DNA of 64,000 bases. It comes from Candidatus Dormibacter sp. (GTDB lineage: Bacteria; Chloroflexota; Dormibacteria; Aeolococcales; Aeolococcaceae). A program made the translations under genes and the position numbers. This document shows positions 50,207 through 61,334 of the stretch, piece by piece. Each line of letters starts with the position of its first letter. Position 1 is the stretch's first letter. The DNA lies in contig JBDTJX010000081.1 in the NCBI GenBank assembly GCA_039935655.1, forward strand, positions 1,437-65,436. The letters are read 5' to 3'. The notes beneath the pieces are model-generated. The model was not told the DNA's origin. It saw only the letters and a list, made by a program, of their open reading frames with translations, and did not search any database.

Positions 50207-51669
50207 CCACCGCCGGTCTCACCGCGGCCGAGATGGCCAGAGCCCTGAGACGGGGCGATGTGACCCCGCGCGAGCTGCTCGACGACGCACGCGCCCAGGT
50301 CAGCCGGCTCGACGGCAGCCTCAACGCGTTCCTTGCCCGCACCGACGAGCTCGCCGACCGGCAGGCGCTCCGCGCCGCGGAGATGCTGAGCGCCGACGCG
50401 GAGTCGGCGGGGCCGTTGTGCGGCATCCCGGTGGCGCTCAAAGACGTGCTCTGCGTCGACGGCTACCCGACCACCGCCGGGTCTCGGATCCTGGAGGGCT
50501 TCCGCCCGCCGTACACGGCCACCGCGGTGCAGCGGTTGCTCGACGCCGGGGCGCTGCCGGTCGGCAAGACCAACTGCGACGAGTTCGCCATGGGATCCTC
50601 GACCGAGAACTCCGCGTTCGGCCCGGTCGGCAACCCGTGGGACATCGAACGCGTGCCTGGTGGCAGCAGCGGTGGCAGCGCAGCGGCAGTGGGGGCGGGC
50701 ATGGTGCCGATCAGCTACGGTAGCGACACCGGTGGGTCGATTCGCCAGCCGGCGTCGTTGTGTGGGGTTGTCGGGTTCAAGCCCACCTACGGGCGGGTGT
50801 CGCGGTACGGCTTGATCGCCTTCGCGTCATCGCTCGACCAGGTGGGGCCGTTCGCATTGTCGGTCGAGGACGCCGCCAATGGGTACGTTGCCGTGGCGGG
50901 CCATGACCCGAGCGACAGCACCTCGCTGCCCGACCACGTCGACGACCCTGTGTCGGTCCTGCGGCACGGCGTGAACGGCCTACGCCTGGGCGTTCCGCGT
51001 GAATACATGGGGGAGGGGCTCGACCCGGGCGTCCGAGAGCGGGTCACCGAGGCGATCGCGGTGCTCGAGGGGCTGGGCGCCGTGGTGCAGGAGGTGTCGC
51101 TGCCGAGCACCGACCTCGGGCTGTCGACCTACTACATCATCGCTCCCGCGGAGTGCTCGTCGAACCTGGCGCGGTATGACGGCATCCGTTTTGGCCGTCG
51201 TGTGGAGCGACCCACGGTGACCGACACGATGATGAGCACCCGCGAAGAGGGCTTCGGCCACGAGGTCAAGCGGCGCGTGATGCTGGGCACGTACGCGCTG
51301 AGCAGCGGGTACTACGACGCCTATTACCGCCGTGCGCAGAAGGTGCGCACACTGATCGCGCGCGAGTTCGACGCGGTGTTCGAGACCGTCGATGCGCTGG
51401 TGTGCCCAACCTCCCCGAAGGTGGCGTTCACCATGGGAGCGATCCAAAACCCGATCGAGATGTACCTCAACGACGCGCTGACCATCCCGGTCAACCTTGC
51501 CGGTCTGCCAGGGATCTCGGTGCCGTGCGGGTTCAGTGACGGACTTCCGGTGGGTCTGCAGGTGATCGCTCCGCGCCTCGGCGACGCCCGGGTCTTCCAG
51601 GTCGCCGCGGCGTACGAACAGGCCACGGACTGGCATTCCCGTCGCGCTCCGATCGTGGCGGCGGCATGA
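50203..51669 (+). CDS. gatA: Asp-tRNA(Asn)/Glu-tRNA(Gln) amidotransferase subunit A
   Basis: Amidase signature [11 protein letters not shown]; overlaps the gatC stop. Confidence 0.9.
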   Translation: MTTAGLTAAEMARALRRGDVTPRELLDDARAQVSRLDGSLNAFLARTDELADRQALRAAEMLSADAESAGPLCGIPVALKDVLCVDGYPTTAGSRILEGFRPPYTATAVQRLLDAGALPVGKTNCDEFAMGSSTENSAFGPVGNPWDIERVPGGSSGGSAAAVGAGMVPISYGSDTGGSIRQPASLCGVVGFKPTYGRVSRYGLIAFASSLDQVGPFALSVEDAANGYVAVAGHDPSDSTSLPDHVDDPVSVLRHGVNGLRLGVPREYMGEGLDPGVRERVTEAIAVLEGLGAVVQEVSLPSTDLGLSTYYIIAPAECSSNLARYDGIRFGRRVERPTVTDTMMSTREEGFGHEVKRRVMLGTYALSSGYYDAYYRRAQKVRTLIAREFDAVFETVDALVCPTSPKVAFTMGAIQNPIEMYLNDALTIPVNLAGLPGISVPCGFSDGLPVGLQVIAPRLGDARVFQVAAAYEQATDWHSRRAPIVAAA

Positions 51670-53144
51670 CCACGCAGGCGGCGGCCAACCGCGTCGCCGC
51701 CGGGTACGAGGCGGTCATCGGCCTCGAGGTGCATGCGCAGCTGCTCACCCGCAGCAAGATGTTCTGCCCATGCAGCGCGGCCTACACACAGGCCTCGCCC
51801 AACGGCAACACCTGCCCGGTGTGCCTGGGAATGCCCGGGGTGCTGCCGGTGATCAACCGCCAGGCTGTGGCGATGACGGTTCGCACCGCGCTGGCGCTCA
51901 ACTGCGAGATCCCCGCGTACACCAAGTTCGATCGCAAGAACTATTTCTACCCGGACCTCCCCAAGGGCTACCAGATCACGCAGTACGACCTGCCCCTGTC
52001 GCTCAACGGCAACCTCGAGTTCGTCGTTGACGGGGAGCGCACCCGCTGCGGCATCACCCGAGTGCACCTCGAAGAGGACACCGGCACCATGCAGCACGCC
52101 GGCCACGTGCTCCAGGAGGCGACGTCGTCGCTGGTTGACCTCAACCGCGCAGGTGTTCCGCTGATGGAGATCGTCGGCGAGCCGGACCTGCGCAGCGCCG
52201 ACGCCGCCCGCGAGTACCTGGTGCGCCTGCGCCAGATCCTCATGTACATCGGCGTCAACGACGGCAACCTCGAGCAGGGCTCGTTGCGTTGCGACGCCAA
52301 CGTCTCGGTGCGCAGGCTCGGTGCGACCGAGCTCGGCACCAAGGTCGAGGTGAAGAACATGAACTCGTTCCGCGCGGTGCACCGCGCCATCGGCTTCGAG
52401 CTGGAGCGACAGGTTGGCGTCCTCGAACAGGGTGGCACCCTGGTCCAGGAGACGCGCGGCTGGGTGGAGACACGCGGCGCCACCTTGTCGCAGCGCAGCA
52501 AGGAGATGGCCCACGACTACCGCTACTTCCCCGAACCCGACCTGCCGCCCCTGCAGCTGGGTCGTGATCTGGTGGATGAGATCCGAGCCGCGATCCCCGA
52601 GCTGCCGCAGGCCCGGGCTGCTCGCTTCAGCGAGCAGTACGGCCTTTCCGCCTACGACGCGTCGGTGCTGACCGCGACGCGCCCGGACGCCGACGCCTAC
52701 GAGGCACTGGTGAGCGCAGGTGTTACCGCCAAGATTGCCGCCAACTGGCAGATGGGCGACGTCGCCGCCCTCGCCAACGAGCACCGGCTTGCGCTCGCCG
52801 ACAGCGGTCTGGGCGTCACCGGGCTCGCCGCGCTGTTGATGCTGCTCGAGACCGGCGCCATCAACGGCCCGACCGCCAAGGAGTTGCTCGCCGAGCTGTA
52901 CGTCAACGGCGGCGATGCCGCGGCAGTGGTGAGCGAACGGGGGCTGCGCAGGCTCAGCGACGAGTCCGCGCTGGCGGCGGTCGTCGACGAGGTCATCACC
53001 GCCAACCAGAAGGCATGCGACGACTTCCGGGCCGGCAAGACCCAGGCGCTGCGCAGCCTCGTCGGCCAGGTGATGAAGGCGACGGGCGGACGCGCCGACG
53101 CTGCGCTGGTCAACACCCTGCTGCGTGAGCGACTCTCCGGCTGA
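51666..53144 (+). CDS. gatB: Asp-tRNA(Asn)/Glu-tRNA(Gln) amidotransferase subunit B
   Basis: GatB N-terminus ([13 protein letters not shown]) and C-terminal YqeY-like domain. Confidence 0.9.
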   Translation: MTTQAAANRVAAGYEAVIGLEVHAQLLTRSKMFCPCSAAYTQASPNGNTCPVCLGMPGVLPVINRQAVAMTVRTALALNCEIPAYTKFDRKNYFYPDLPKGYQITQYDLPLSLNGNLEFVVDGERTRCGITRVHLEEDTGTMQHAGHVLQEATSSLVDLNRAGVPLMEIVGEPDLRSADAAREYLVRLRQILMYIGVNDGNLEQGSLRCDANVSVRRLGATELGTKVEVKNMNSFRAVHRAIGFELERQVGVLEQGGTLVQETRGWVETRGATLSQRSKEMAHDYRYFPEPDLPPLQLGRDLVDEIRAAIPELPQARAARFSEQYGLSAYDASVLTATRPDADAYEALVSAGVTAKIAANWQMGDVAALANEHRLALADSGLGVTGLAALLMLLETGAINGPTAKELLAELYVNGGDAAAVVSERGLRRLSDESALAAVVDEVITANQKACDDFRAGKTQALRSLVGQVMKATGGRADAALVNTLLRERLSG

Positions 53145-54429
53145 CGCGACGGCGCCTGGTGCGGAGGGCCGTCCACACGTCCGCGGCGAGCGCTTCACCG
53201 TCACCGCCGCCGCCATGGTGCACGGTGGCTCCTGCCTGAGCCGGCTTGACGACGGCACCGCACTCTTCGTGGACGGCGCGCTCCCCGGGGAGACGGTCGA
53301 GGTCGAGTTGCACCATCGCAAGGGGCGGGTGTGGTTTGCGCGCACGGTCGATGTCGTGGTTGCGTCGGAGCATCGCGTCACCGCGCCGTGCCCGTACTAC
53401 GGGGAGTGCGGCGGGTGCCAGATGCAGCACATCGCCTACACACATCAGCTCGAGCTGAAAAGGGAGATCGTGCATGACGCGATGCGACGCCAGCACGTGG
53501 CTCTGCCCGGCGAGCTCCGCGTGCACGGTATGGCCGACCCCTGGCGTTACCGCTGGCGTGGCGAGTTCCACGTCGTGCCCGGGGAGCGCGGCATTGGCAA
53601 CGCGCGGCTTGGTTTCAACCGGATGCGCAGCTGGCGACCCGTGGCGATCGATGACTGCCTCATCCACCACCCGCGTATCACCGGGTCACTCCCCGCGCTC
53701 CGCGACCTGGCGCGCAGCGCGGACCCGGACCTGACCGCGTTGCACCTCACCGCCGGCGAGAACGGTGACGAATTGCTACTGCGCCCGCGGCCGCAACGCG
53801 CGCTGCGGTCGTCAACAGTCGACGACCATGCCCGCGCAGCTGACCAGCGCTGGAGCACCACGCTGACAACGCTGCACTGGCGCGGCCAGTCGTTCCGGGT
53901 GTCACCGGACACGTTCATCCAGGTGAACTGGGGCGCGCTGGACGAGCTGTACGGCGCCGTGCTGCGCGGCCTCGGCCCGGTTGACGGCCGTGCCGTCGTC
54001 GATGCGTACGCGGGGATCGGCGTGCTCGCCTGCGAGCTGGCCCGCGGCGGAGCGGCGGTGGTGTGCATCGAGAACAACCGCGACTCGGCTCGGCTCGGCG
54101 TGCTCAATGCGGCGATGAACGGTCGCACCGAGGGTGTCCGGTACATCCATGCGGCGGTCGAGGACGCGCTCCCCAACGCGGCAGCCGAAGCGGGCGCCAC
54201 GGTTCTCGATCCGCCCCGGGCGGGGTGTCACCCACGTGTCACCGGCTGGCTGGCGCTGGCCGGCCCGCCCGACATCGTGTACGTGTCGTGCGACCCCGCC
54301 ACGCTGGCCCGCGATCTCCGCGTGCTCACCGTCTCGGGGCCATATCGCATCGAGGCGTTCGAGGTCGTCGACATGTTCCCCCAGACCCATCACATCGAGA
54401 GCGTGGTGACGCTGCGTCGCGCTCCCTAG
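53125..54429 (+). CDS. rlmD: 23S rRNA (uracil-C5)-methyltransferase, RumA/RlmD family
   Basis: TRAM domain, Fe-S Cys cluster ([14 protein letters not shown]) and SAM-dependent methyltransferase C-terminus. Confidence 0.75.
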   Translation: MSDSPADATAPGAEGRPHVRGERFTVTAAAMVHGGSCLSRLDDGTALFVDGALPGETVEVELHHRKGRVWFARTVDVVVASEHRVTAPCPYYGECGGCQMQHIAYTHQLELKREIVHDAMRRQHVALPGELRVHGMADPWRYRWRGEFHVVPGERGIGNARLGFNRMRSWRPVAIDDCLIHHPRITGSLPALRDLARSADPDLTALHLTAGENGDELLLRPRPQRALRSSTVDDHARAADQRWSTTLTTLHWRGQSFRVSPDTFIQVNWGALDELYGAVLRGLGPVDGRAVVDAYAGIGVLACELARGGAAVVCIENNRDSARLGVLNAAMNGRTEGVRYIHAAVEDALPNAAAEAGATVLDPPRAGCHPRVTGWLALAGPPDIVYVSCDPATLARDLRVLTVSGPYRIEAFEVVDMFPQTHHIESVVTLRRAP

Positions 54430-55379
54430 GCCGGGTCGTCGGTCTCCAGCTCGTCGTCATCTTCGTCCGGCTCAGGCAGGACGGGAGCCCGATGCGGGTG
54501 CACGTAGCTGATGTCGAAGAGTCGCTCGCCGGCGGTCTCGCCGGTGGAGCTGCGTCTGCTCACCACGATGTAGGCGAGCGCGATGCCGAGGATGATGACG
54601 CCGACGTCGTACCGGCCTTCCGGAAGAAGCTGGTACTTGAGGTTGAGGATGGCGCGGGTGATCCTGTCGAACCCGGCGACGATGGCCGCGATGATGCCCA
54701 CGTCAACGGCTGCGGCCAGCCAGTAGCGGTCGCGGTTGGCGATGCCGAAGAAGGGACCGGCGACGGAGGTCCGCCGCGGCACGTACGCGCGCCGGGCGGA
54801 CCGATAGCCGCCCACACCGAGTGCCACCAGGAGGCCGCCGCTCAGCGCAAAGTTGAACAGCTGGGCCTCGACGGCTGTGAGAAAGTGCTCTGCGGGCACG
54901 CCGGCAACGAAACCGATCCCGGTCATCAGCGCGGTCCACGCCAGGATGGCCGGGATGTTGCCCTCCATGAACGTGCGCAGCGGGGTCTGCGCGGCGCCGG
55001 CGGTGAGGGTCACGTAAGCGCGGATGCCGGGGATGAGACGGGCGATCGCGATGTGCCTGGCGTCGGCCCGGGCGATGCGTCGGGCGGCCCGGTCGTAGGT
55101 CTTGGCGGCCCTCAGCCTCACAGCGATCCTGCGCAGCCGGGCTGGTCCCACCTGTTTGGCCCAGGTGTACCCGGTCAGCGAGCCGCCGATCAGCGCCAAG
55201 CAGGCGATCGGGTAGAAGACGAACGGGTTGAGGCTGCCGGCTGCGATGAGCAGCCCGGCGACGATCAGCAGCACCTCGTTGGGGATGAAGGGGAGCGGGA
55301 CCCCGGCCTCGTCGATGAACAGAAGGACGCAGATGAGGATGGTGGCGACGGCGCCGTGCAGGCCGGTGAGAAAGTCCAC
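54426..55379 (-). CDS. DedA/SNARE-associated family membrane protein
   Basis: DedA core (VLLFIDEAGVPLPFIPNEVLLIVAGLL). Start placed at GTG 55379; the ORF track's upstream 281 aa are antisense to dnaE and not DedA-like. Confidence 0.65.
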   Translation of the reverse strand: MDFLTGLHGAVATILICVLLFIDEAGVPLPFIPNEVLLIVAGLLIAAGSLNPFVFYPIACLALIGGSLTGYTWAKQVGPARLRRIAVRLRAAKTYDRAARRIARADARHIAIARLIPGIRAYVTLTAGAAQTPLRTFMEGNIPAILAWTALMTGIGFVAGVPAEHFLTAVEAQLFNFALSGGLLVALGVGGYRSARRAYVPRRTSVAGPFFGIANRDRYWLAAAVDVGIIAAIVAGFDRITRAILNLKYQLLPEGRYDVGVIILGIALAYIVVSRRSSTGETAGERLFDISYVHPHRAPVLPEPDEDDDELETDDPA

Positions 55380-55457
55380 TCGCGGGGAGGATAGCTCGGG
55401 CTGACCGCCCGCCCTGAGTGATAACGTACGTTTGTTCGGCGGTTGCGCGAGGAGAGC

Positions 55458-58400
55458 ATGGACGGCGAGGCAGTGAGCGTGGGCGTCGACGTCGACAACG
55501 AGCCGTTCGTTCACCTGCACACGCACACCGAGTACTCGCTGCTCGACGGTGCCGCGCGCATCGGCGACCTGGTCGCCAGGGCGAAGCGATACGGCCAGCC
55601 GGCGCTGGCCATCACCGACCACGGTGCGCTCTATGGCGCCGTCAAGTTCTACACGTCGGCGAAGGCGGCCGGGGTCAAGCCGATCATCGGCTGTGAGATG
55701 TACATGGCGCCGCGCTCGCGGCTCGACAAGGAAGGTCGCACCGACCGCGATCCAAACCACCTCATCCTGCTGGCGCGCAACGAGACCGGGTATCGCAACC
55801 TCATCCAACTGGTCAGCAAATCGCACCTCGAGGGCTACTACTACAAACCCCGCATCGACAAGGAGCTGCTTGCTGCGCATGCCGCCGGCCTGATCTGCCT
55901 GTCGGCGTGCATCGGCGGCGAGCTTCCCCAGGCGATCCTCAGCGGCAATATTGACGCCGCCGAGAGTGTCGCCCGCGAGCACATGGAGATGTTCGGCAGC
56001 GACGGCTACTTCCTCGAGCTCATGGACCATGGCATCGCCGAGGAGGAGGCGATCCGCAGCGGTATGCTCGAGGTGGCGCGGCGCACCGGGCTGCCGCTGG
56101 TGGCCACCAACGACGCGCACTACGTCGACGTCGACGATGCCGAGGCCCACGACATCCTGCTCTGCATCCAGACCCAGGCACGGCGCGAGGACGAGAAGCG
56201 TTTTCGCTTCGCCGGGCCGCACTTCTCATTGACGCCGGGTGGCGAGATGCGCCACAAGTTCGCGGCCTACGGCGAGGCGGTTCGCAACACGCTGGCCGTT
56301 GCAGACATGTGCGACCTCCAGCTCAAGCTCGGCGGCAACCTGCTCCCCACGTACTCGCCGATTCCCCCCGGTCACACAGCGGAGACGTACCTGCGCGAGC
56401 TGTGCGAAGTGGGCCTGCGCGAGCGCTACGGCGACGGCATCACGGCGGAGGCGAGGGAGCGGCTCGCCATGGAGCTCGGCGTCATCGAGACCACCGGCTT
56501 TGCCCCGTACTTCCTGATCGTCTGGGACCTGATCCGCGCGGCGCGTTGCGACGGCGTCGTGGTCGGTCCCGGTCGCGGCAGCTCGGCGGGCTCGCTGGTG
56601 GCGTATGTGCTGCGCATCACCAACATCTGCCCGTTGCGCTACGGGCTGATTTTCGAGCGATTCCTCAACAGCGAGCGTGTCGAGATGCCGGACATCGACA
56701 TCGACTTCGACGACCGTCGCAGGGACCGCGTGCTCCAGTACGTGCAGGGCAAGTACGGCGAGGACCACGTTGCCCAGATCATCACGTTCGGCACCATGGC
56801 CGCGCGGGCGGTGATCCGCGACGTCGGGCGCGCGCTCAACGTACCGCTTCCCGACGTCGACCGACTGGCCAAGTTGGTGCCGCTCAGCGTGAAGATCACG
56901 CTGGAGAAGGCACTCGCCGGCAGCCGGGAGTTGCGCGACCTCTACGAGGGTGAGGGATGGGCGCGGCAGATCCTCGACATCGCCAAGCGATTGGAGGGGA
57001 TCTGCCGCAACGCGTCGACACATGCGGCCGGTGTGGTCATCGGCACCGAGCCGCTCACCAACATCGTGCCGCTGCAGCGGTCGACCACCGGCGATCGCGC
57101 CAGCGCCGTGACCATGTTCGACATGAACAGCGTCGCGCAGATCGGCCTGCTCAAGATCGACTTCCTCGGCCTCTCCAACCTCACTGTCATCGACGAGGCG
57201 GTCGGCATGGTCGAGAAGACCACCGGGCGCCGCATCGACATCGACGAGATCCCGCTCGACGATCCCGCGACGTACGCGCTGTTGTGCAAGGCCGATAGCC
57301 ATGGCGTCTTCCAAATGGAGGCGACGTTCGCCAAGCGGATCCTGCTCGACATGCAGCCGCGCTCGCTGGAGGATCTCGGCGTCGCGAACGCCCTCAACCG
57401 ACCCGGTCCGATCGAGGGTGGCGCGACCGACCTATACATCAAGCGCAAGCGCGGCGAGCTGCCCGTCGAGTATCCCGCAGGCGTCGAGTCACTCCTCCGG
57501 CCGGTGCTCGCCGAGACCCACGGCACCATGGTGTACCAGGACCAGGTGATGAAGATCGCGCAGGCCGTTGCCGGCTTCACGCTCGGTGAGGCGGATCTGC
57601 TCCGCGGCGCCATGGGCAAGAAGGACAAGACGAAGATGGCCAAACAGCGCGAGCAGTTTCTCGCCGGCGCCAGTGGGAACGGGGTTGCTGAGGGACCAGC
57701 CATCGAGCTGTTCAACCTCATGGCCCATTTCGCGGGGTACGGCTTCAACAAGGCACATGCCATGGCCTATGGGTTGATCTCGTACCAGACCGCGTATCTC
57801 AAGGCCAATCATCCGCTCGCGTACATGGCGGCACTGCTCAACAGTCGCGGCGGTGACTTCGACAAGCTCAAGCAGACCATCCTGGATGCCCACGCACACG
57901 GACTGGTGGTCCACAAGCCCGACATCAACCGCAGCGGGACGGGCTTCAGCGTCGGCGATGTCGACGGGGGCGAGATTCTCTTCGGCCTGCAGCACGTCAA
58001 GAACGTCGGCGAGAGCGTCACCGAGGCACTCGTCGCTGCCCGAGAAGAGGGCGGTCCGTTCACCAGCCTTCTCGACCTCTGCCTGCGGGTGGAGAGCCGT
58101 GACCTCAACCGCCGCGTGCTTGAGTCGCTGATCCAGTGCGGCGCGCTCGACCCTCTGGGCGATCGGCACGCGCTGCTGCGGCAGCTCGACTCGGCGATGG
58201 ACCACGCCGCTGCGGTCAAGCGCGAGCGTGACGTCGGACAGGGTTCGCTCTTCGGTGATGAGGTCGACATCATCGGCACGCTGGTGCCACACGTCGCATC
58301 GGCGGACGCAACGTCGGATCCCGGCCGCGGCGACGAGTCGTGGCTGGCCTGGGAGCGCGACCTGCTCGGCATGTACCTCAGCGACCATCCGCTGCGGCGC

Positions 58401-59084
58401 ATCGCCGCAACGCTGCAGGAGCGCGTCGACACCTCGATCAATGAGCTGGGGCCCCACCTCGACGGCCTGGTGGTGCAGGTGGGCGGCTGCATCCGTGACG
58501 TGCGCGCGTTCGTGCCGCGCAAGAGCACCACCGGTCAGCGCATGGCGTTCCTGCAGATCGAGGACCTCACCGGTGCGTGCGAGGTGGTCGTCTTCAACCG
58601 CGTCTTCGAGGAGGTCGCCGAGCTGCTGCGGCCAGACGCCGTCGTGGTCATCCGCGGCAAGGTGGAGGTGGGGCGGCAGGGGGCCAACGGCGCCACCCCG
58701 GCCGGCGCCGGAGACGACGAGGAGCGCGATGCCGAGCCCGCCAAGATCCGCGCCGATGCCATCTTCGCGCTCGACGACGCACGCCTGGTTGCCTGGCGGC
58801 GCAACAGCACCGTGCACGTCCGCATGGCGCTTGACCAGCACCACCACGTCGGCCCCCTGCACCACTCGATCGCCGAGCACCCCGGTGACTCGCCGGTGGT
58901 GGTCCACGTCGAGAGCGCTGAGTCGATCGAGGACATCGCGCTCGATGCTGCGTTCTCGGTCGAACCCGGGCCGGGCCTCGAGCGCGCCGTCGAGGCACTG
59001 CTCGGACCCGGCACCTACCGGGTGGAGACGCGCCGTGATCGCGCGCCCGAGCGCGAGACGTGGGCTTCCGGGCGCCGCGGCTGA
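55458..59084 (+). CDS. dnaE: DNA polymerase III alpha subunit
   Basis: PHP domain start (FVHLHTHTEYSLLDGA) and polymerase core, about 1208 aa. ATG at 55458 has a GAGGAG RBS; an alternative TTG lies at 55443. Confidence 0.9.
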   Translation: MDGEAVSVGVDVDNEPFVHLHTHTEYSLLDGAARIGDLVARAKRYGQPALAITDHGALYGAVKFYTSAKAAGVKPIIGCEMYMAPRSRLDKEGRTDRDPNHLILLARNETGYRNLIQLVSKSHLEGYYYKPRIDKELLAAHAAGLICLSACIGGELPQAILSGNIDAAESVAREHMEMFGSDGYFLELMDHGIAEEEAIRSGMLEVARRTGLPLVATNDAHYVDVDDAEAHDILLCIQTQARREDEKRFRFAGPHFSLTPGGEMRHKFAAYGEAVRNTLAVADMCDLQLKLGGNLLPTYSPIPPGHTAETYLRELCEVGLRERYGDGITAEARERLAMELGVIETTGFAPYFLIVWDLIRAARCDGVVVGPGRGSSAGSLVAYVLRITNICPLRYGLIFERFLNSERVEMPDIDIDFDDRRRDRVLQYVQGKYGEDHVAQIITFGTMAARAVIRDVGRALNVPLPDVDRLAKLVPLSVKITLEKALAGSRELRDLYEGEGWARQILDIAKRLEGICRNASTHAAGVVIGTEPLTNIVPLQRSTTGDRASAVTMFDMNSVAQIGLLKIDFLGLSNLTVIDEAVGMVEKTTGRRIDIDEIPLDDPATYALLCKADSHGVFQMEATFAKRILLDMQPRSLEDLGVANALNRPGPIEGGATDLYIKRKRGELPVEYPAGVESLLRPVLAETHGTMVYQDQVMKIAQAVAGFTLGEADLLRGAMGKKDKTKMAKQREQFLAGASGNGVAEGPAIELFNLMAHFAGYGFNKAHAMAYGLISYQTAYLKANHPLAYMAALLNSRGGDFDKLKQTILDAHAHGLVVHKPDINRSGTGFSVGDVDGGEILFGLQHVKNVGESVTEALVAAREEGGPFTSLLDLCLRVESRDLNRRVLESLIQCGALDPLGDRHALLRQLDSAMDHAAAVKRERDVGQGSLFGDEVDIIGTLVPHVASADATSDPGRGDESWLAWERDLLGMYLSDHPLRRIAATLQERVDTSINELGPHLDGLVVQVGGCIRDVRAFVPRKSTTGQRMAFLQIEDLTGACEVVVFNRVFEEVAELLRPDAVVVIRGKVEVGRQGANGATPAGAGDDEERDAEPAKIRADAIFALDDARLVAWRRNSTVHVRMALDQHHHVGPLHHSIAEHPGDSPVVVHVESAESIEDIALDAAFSVEPGPGLERAVEALLGPGTYRVETRRDRAPERETWASGRRG

Positions 59085-59096
59085 ACCGCCCGCGGT

Positions 59097-59654
59097 CTAG
59101 AAGACGCCGATGGCGTTGAAGAACGCGGAGCCGGCGAAGTACAGCACCAGGAACACGAGGAAGGCGGCCGCGGCGGCCCCGTCGATGGCAACGCTGCGCG
59201 GCACCACGCCTGCGAACGGCCGCACCAGTGGATCAGTGAGCCGGCGCACGCCCATCACCAGCGGGTGCCAGGGGTCGGCGTGGAAGAACGAGAAGACGAG
59301 CCGGATGAACACGACGATGCAGAAGATGACGATGATCGTGAGCGTCAACTGACGCACCACGCTGAGGATGGCGGTCGCCGGTGAGATCCCGGCACCAATG
59401 AGCAGCGAGTCGATCACCCGGTTGACCACGTACAGCACCAGCAGCGCAAGCAGTGGTGAGAAGTCCATGCCGCTGAAGGTCGGGAGGATGCGTCGGAAGG
59501 GACGCAGGATGGGGTCGACGATGATGCGCAGCCAGCGTGCGATCGGGTTCCACGGGCTGATCGGCAGCCAGGTGAGCAGGATCCGCGCGAAGATGAGCAG
59601 CTGAAGGATGGTGAAGACCGCATCGACGAGCCGGAGCGCGCTGTCTGTGCTCAT
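59097..59654 (-). CDS. yggT: YggT/YlmG family membrane protein (duplicated YGGT domain)
   Basis: Two YGGT-like halves (ILLTWLP...DPILRP..., ...DPLVRPF...). Start placed at the ATG where homology begins; the ORF track's upstream 250 aa are non-homologous and rich in arginine, proline and histidine. Confidence 0.7.
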   Translation of the reverse strand: MSTDSALRLVDAVFTILQLLIFARILLTWLPISPWNPIARWLRIIVDPILRPFRRILPTFSGMDFSPLLALLVLYVVNRVIDSLLIGAGISPATAILSVVRQLTLTIIVIFCIVVFIRLVFSFFHADPWHPLVMGVRRLTDPLVRPFAGVVPRSVAIDGAAAAAFLVFLVLYFAGSAFFNAIGVF

Positions 59655-60601
59655 GTGCTCCCGTGCGGCTCCGGCCCGTTCGCGGCGGTCGTCGCGGGCT
59701 GCGCGTTCGGCGACGCTTCCGCCTCGGGCTGTGGCTCGGCAGCAGCGCCACCGCTCGACGCGCCTGAAGTGCGCCGCCACACGGCGTAGACGGTCGGCGA
59801 CACAACCAGCAGGATCACCAGCGCTGTCCACTGCGCCTGGTGCAGTCCCAGTGCGAGCGTCGGTTCGCTTGAACGAAACTGAAAGAGGATGAGCTGGCTG
59901 ATCGCGTACAGCGGGAGATAGGCCACGGCGAGTGCGCCCACAGGCACGCGCCTGCGGAGCATGGCGAACAGGATCAGGCCGATGACGATGGTGCCGAGCG
60001 CCTCGTACACCGCGGCCGGTTGGTAGAACCAAGGGCCGCCCGGGTCGTTGACGAGGTGAAATCCCTGCTGCAGGACCGCGTGGGGGTTCGCGTAGCCGGT
60101 CGCCCATGGCAGGTTGCTCGCGGGTCCGAGGATGTCGCCGTTGATGACGTTGCCGATCCTGCCGATCGGCTGTCCGATCACAGCGAAGATCACGGCCGCG
60201 TCCCAGAGCAGCCACGATGAGAACCGGTAGCGTCGCGCCAGGACGGTCACGGTGGCGAGGCCGGCGATGATGGCGCCGAAGAAGGCCATGCCGCCCTCCC
60301 ACACCGCGATGATGCGGATCGGGTCGTGCAGGTAGTCGCCGAGGTTGGGCTGCTGGATGACGTAGTACAGCCGGCCGCCGAGCAGGCCGAAGATGATCGT
60401 CCACACCAGCGCGCGCTCAGCGGTCTGGCGGTTGACGCCGCGCGGCTCGAGGTAGGGGACCACGCCGAACCGGAACGCCACCAGGAAGGCCAGCGCGTAC
60501 ATCACTCCGTACCAGTGCACGGGGATGCTGCCGATGTGGATCACCGGGTCGAGGTTGATGGTGATGGTGCCGAGGGCAAGGTGCAATGCAGGAACGGCCA
60601 T
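59651..60601 (-). CDS. lgt: Prolipoprotein diacylglyceryl transferase
   Basis: Lgt signatures (HWYGVMYALAF, GGRLYYV, GNVINGDILG). C-terminal Ala/Pro-rich tail. Confidence 0.85.
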   Translation of the reverse strand: MAVPALHLALGTITINLDPVIHIGSIPVHWYGVMYALAFLVAFRFGVVPYLEPRGVNRQTAERALVWTIIFGLLGGRLYYVIQQPNLGDYLHDPIRIIAVWEGGMAFFGAIIAGLATVTVLARRYRFSSWLLWDAAVIFAVIGQPIGRIGNVINGDILGPASNLPWATGYANPHAVLQQGFHLVNDPGGPWFYQPAAVYEALGTIVIGLILFAMLRRRVPVGALAVAYLPLYAISQLILFQFRSSEPTLALGLHQAQWTALVILLVVSPTVYAVWRRTSGASSGGAAAEPQPEAEASPNAQPATTAANGPEPHGST

Positions 60602-61237
60602 TCAGCGATCATCCCCCACCGCGGCGCGCGGCTGCACTCGCAGGATCCTGTACCCGTCGTGCGACGCCAGTCGCGCGCATGCGAAACCCTCCGCGGCCAG
60701 CCAGCGCGCCAGCGAGTCCGACCCCAGGTGGCGGTGCACCACGAGGTGGGCGACGCCGTCCGGGGCGAGGCGATCCAGCCAGCCGGTCAACAGCGGATGC
60801 AGCTGCGCCAGGCCGATCCGCACCGGCGGGTTGGAATAGATCGCCGCGAACCGCACGCCGGCGGGAACCTCCTCAGGCGCAACAGCCAGCACGTTGGTGG
60901 CGCCGGCGGCGTGAGCGTTGCCGGCGGCGAGCGCGAGCGCACGGCGGTTGACGTCCACAGCCCAGACCCGCGCCTGCGGCGAGCGCAGCCCGAGCGTCAC
61001 GGCGATCGGCCCGTACCCGGTGCCGAGGTCGAGGACCTCGCCGGCCGGTGGCGGCGCCGGCCCTCGCCGGAGCAGGAAGAGCGTGCCAGGGTCGACACCG
61101 CCGCGGCCGAAGACGCCGGTGTCCGTGGTCAGCGGCAGCTCCAGGTCAGGGAGCCGAAGGGTGACCGGCTGCGGTCGCGACACCGCCTGCGGCTCCGCGT
61201 CGAAGTAGTGGGGCACAGCCACTGATTGTCGGCGCAA
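60602..61237 (-). CDS. SAM-dependent methyltransferase, small-domain (RsmC/RsmD-like, N-methylating NPP motif)
   Basis: Motif I VLDLGTGYGPIAV and substrate motif IYSNPPV, typical of rRNA guanine-N2/adenine-N6 methyltransferases. Confidence 0.6.
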   Translation of the reverse strand: MRRQSVAVPHYFDAEPQAVSRPQPVTLRLPDLELPLTTDTGVFGRGGVDPGTLFLLRRGPAPPPAGEVLDLGTGYGPIAVTLGLRSPQARVWAVDVNRRALALAAGNAHAAGATNVLAVAPEEVPAGVRFAAIYSNPPVRIGLAQLHPLLTGWLDRLAPDGVAHLVVHRHLGSDSLARWLAAEGFACARLASHDGYRILRVQPRAAVGDDR

Positions 61238-61334
61238 GCCGGCGCGGATCGCCCCGCCGGGGTGCAGTCAACAGTCGTAAAGGAATGGAAACGTTTGGAC
61301 AGCCCGCTGCGCGTCGGTCGTCATACTCGCGGGC

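Noticed and set aside
55380-56222. 281-aa N-terminal extension of the DedA ORF (54426-56222)
   Set aside because: Antisense to the start of dnaE. DedA-family homology begins only at GTG 55379.
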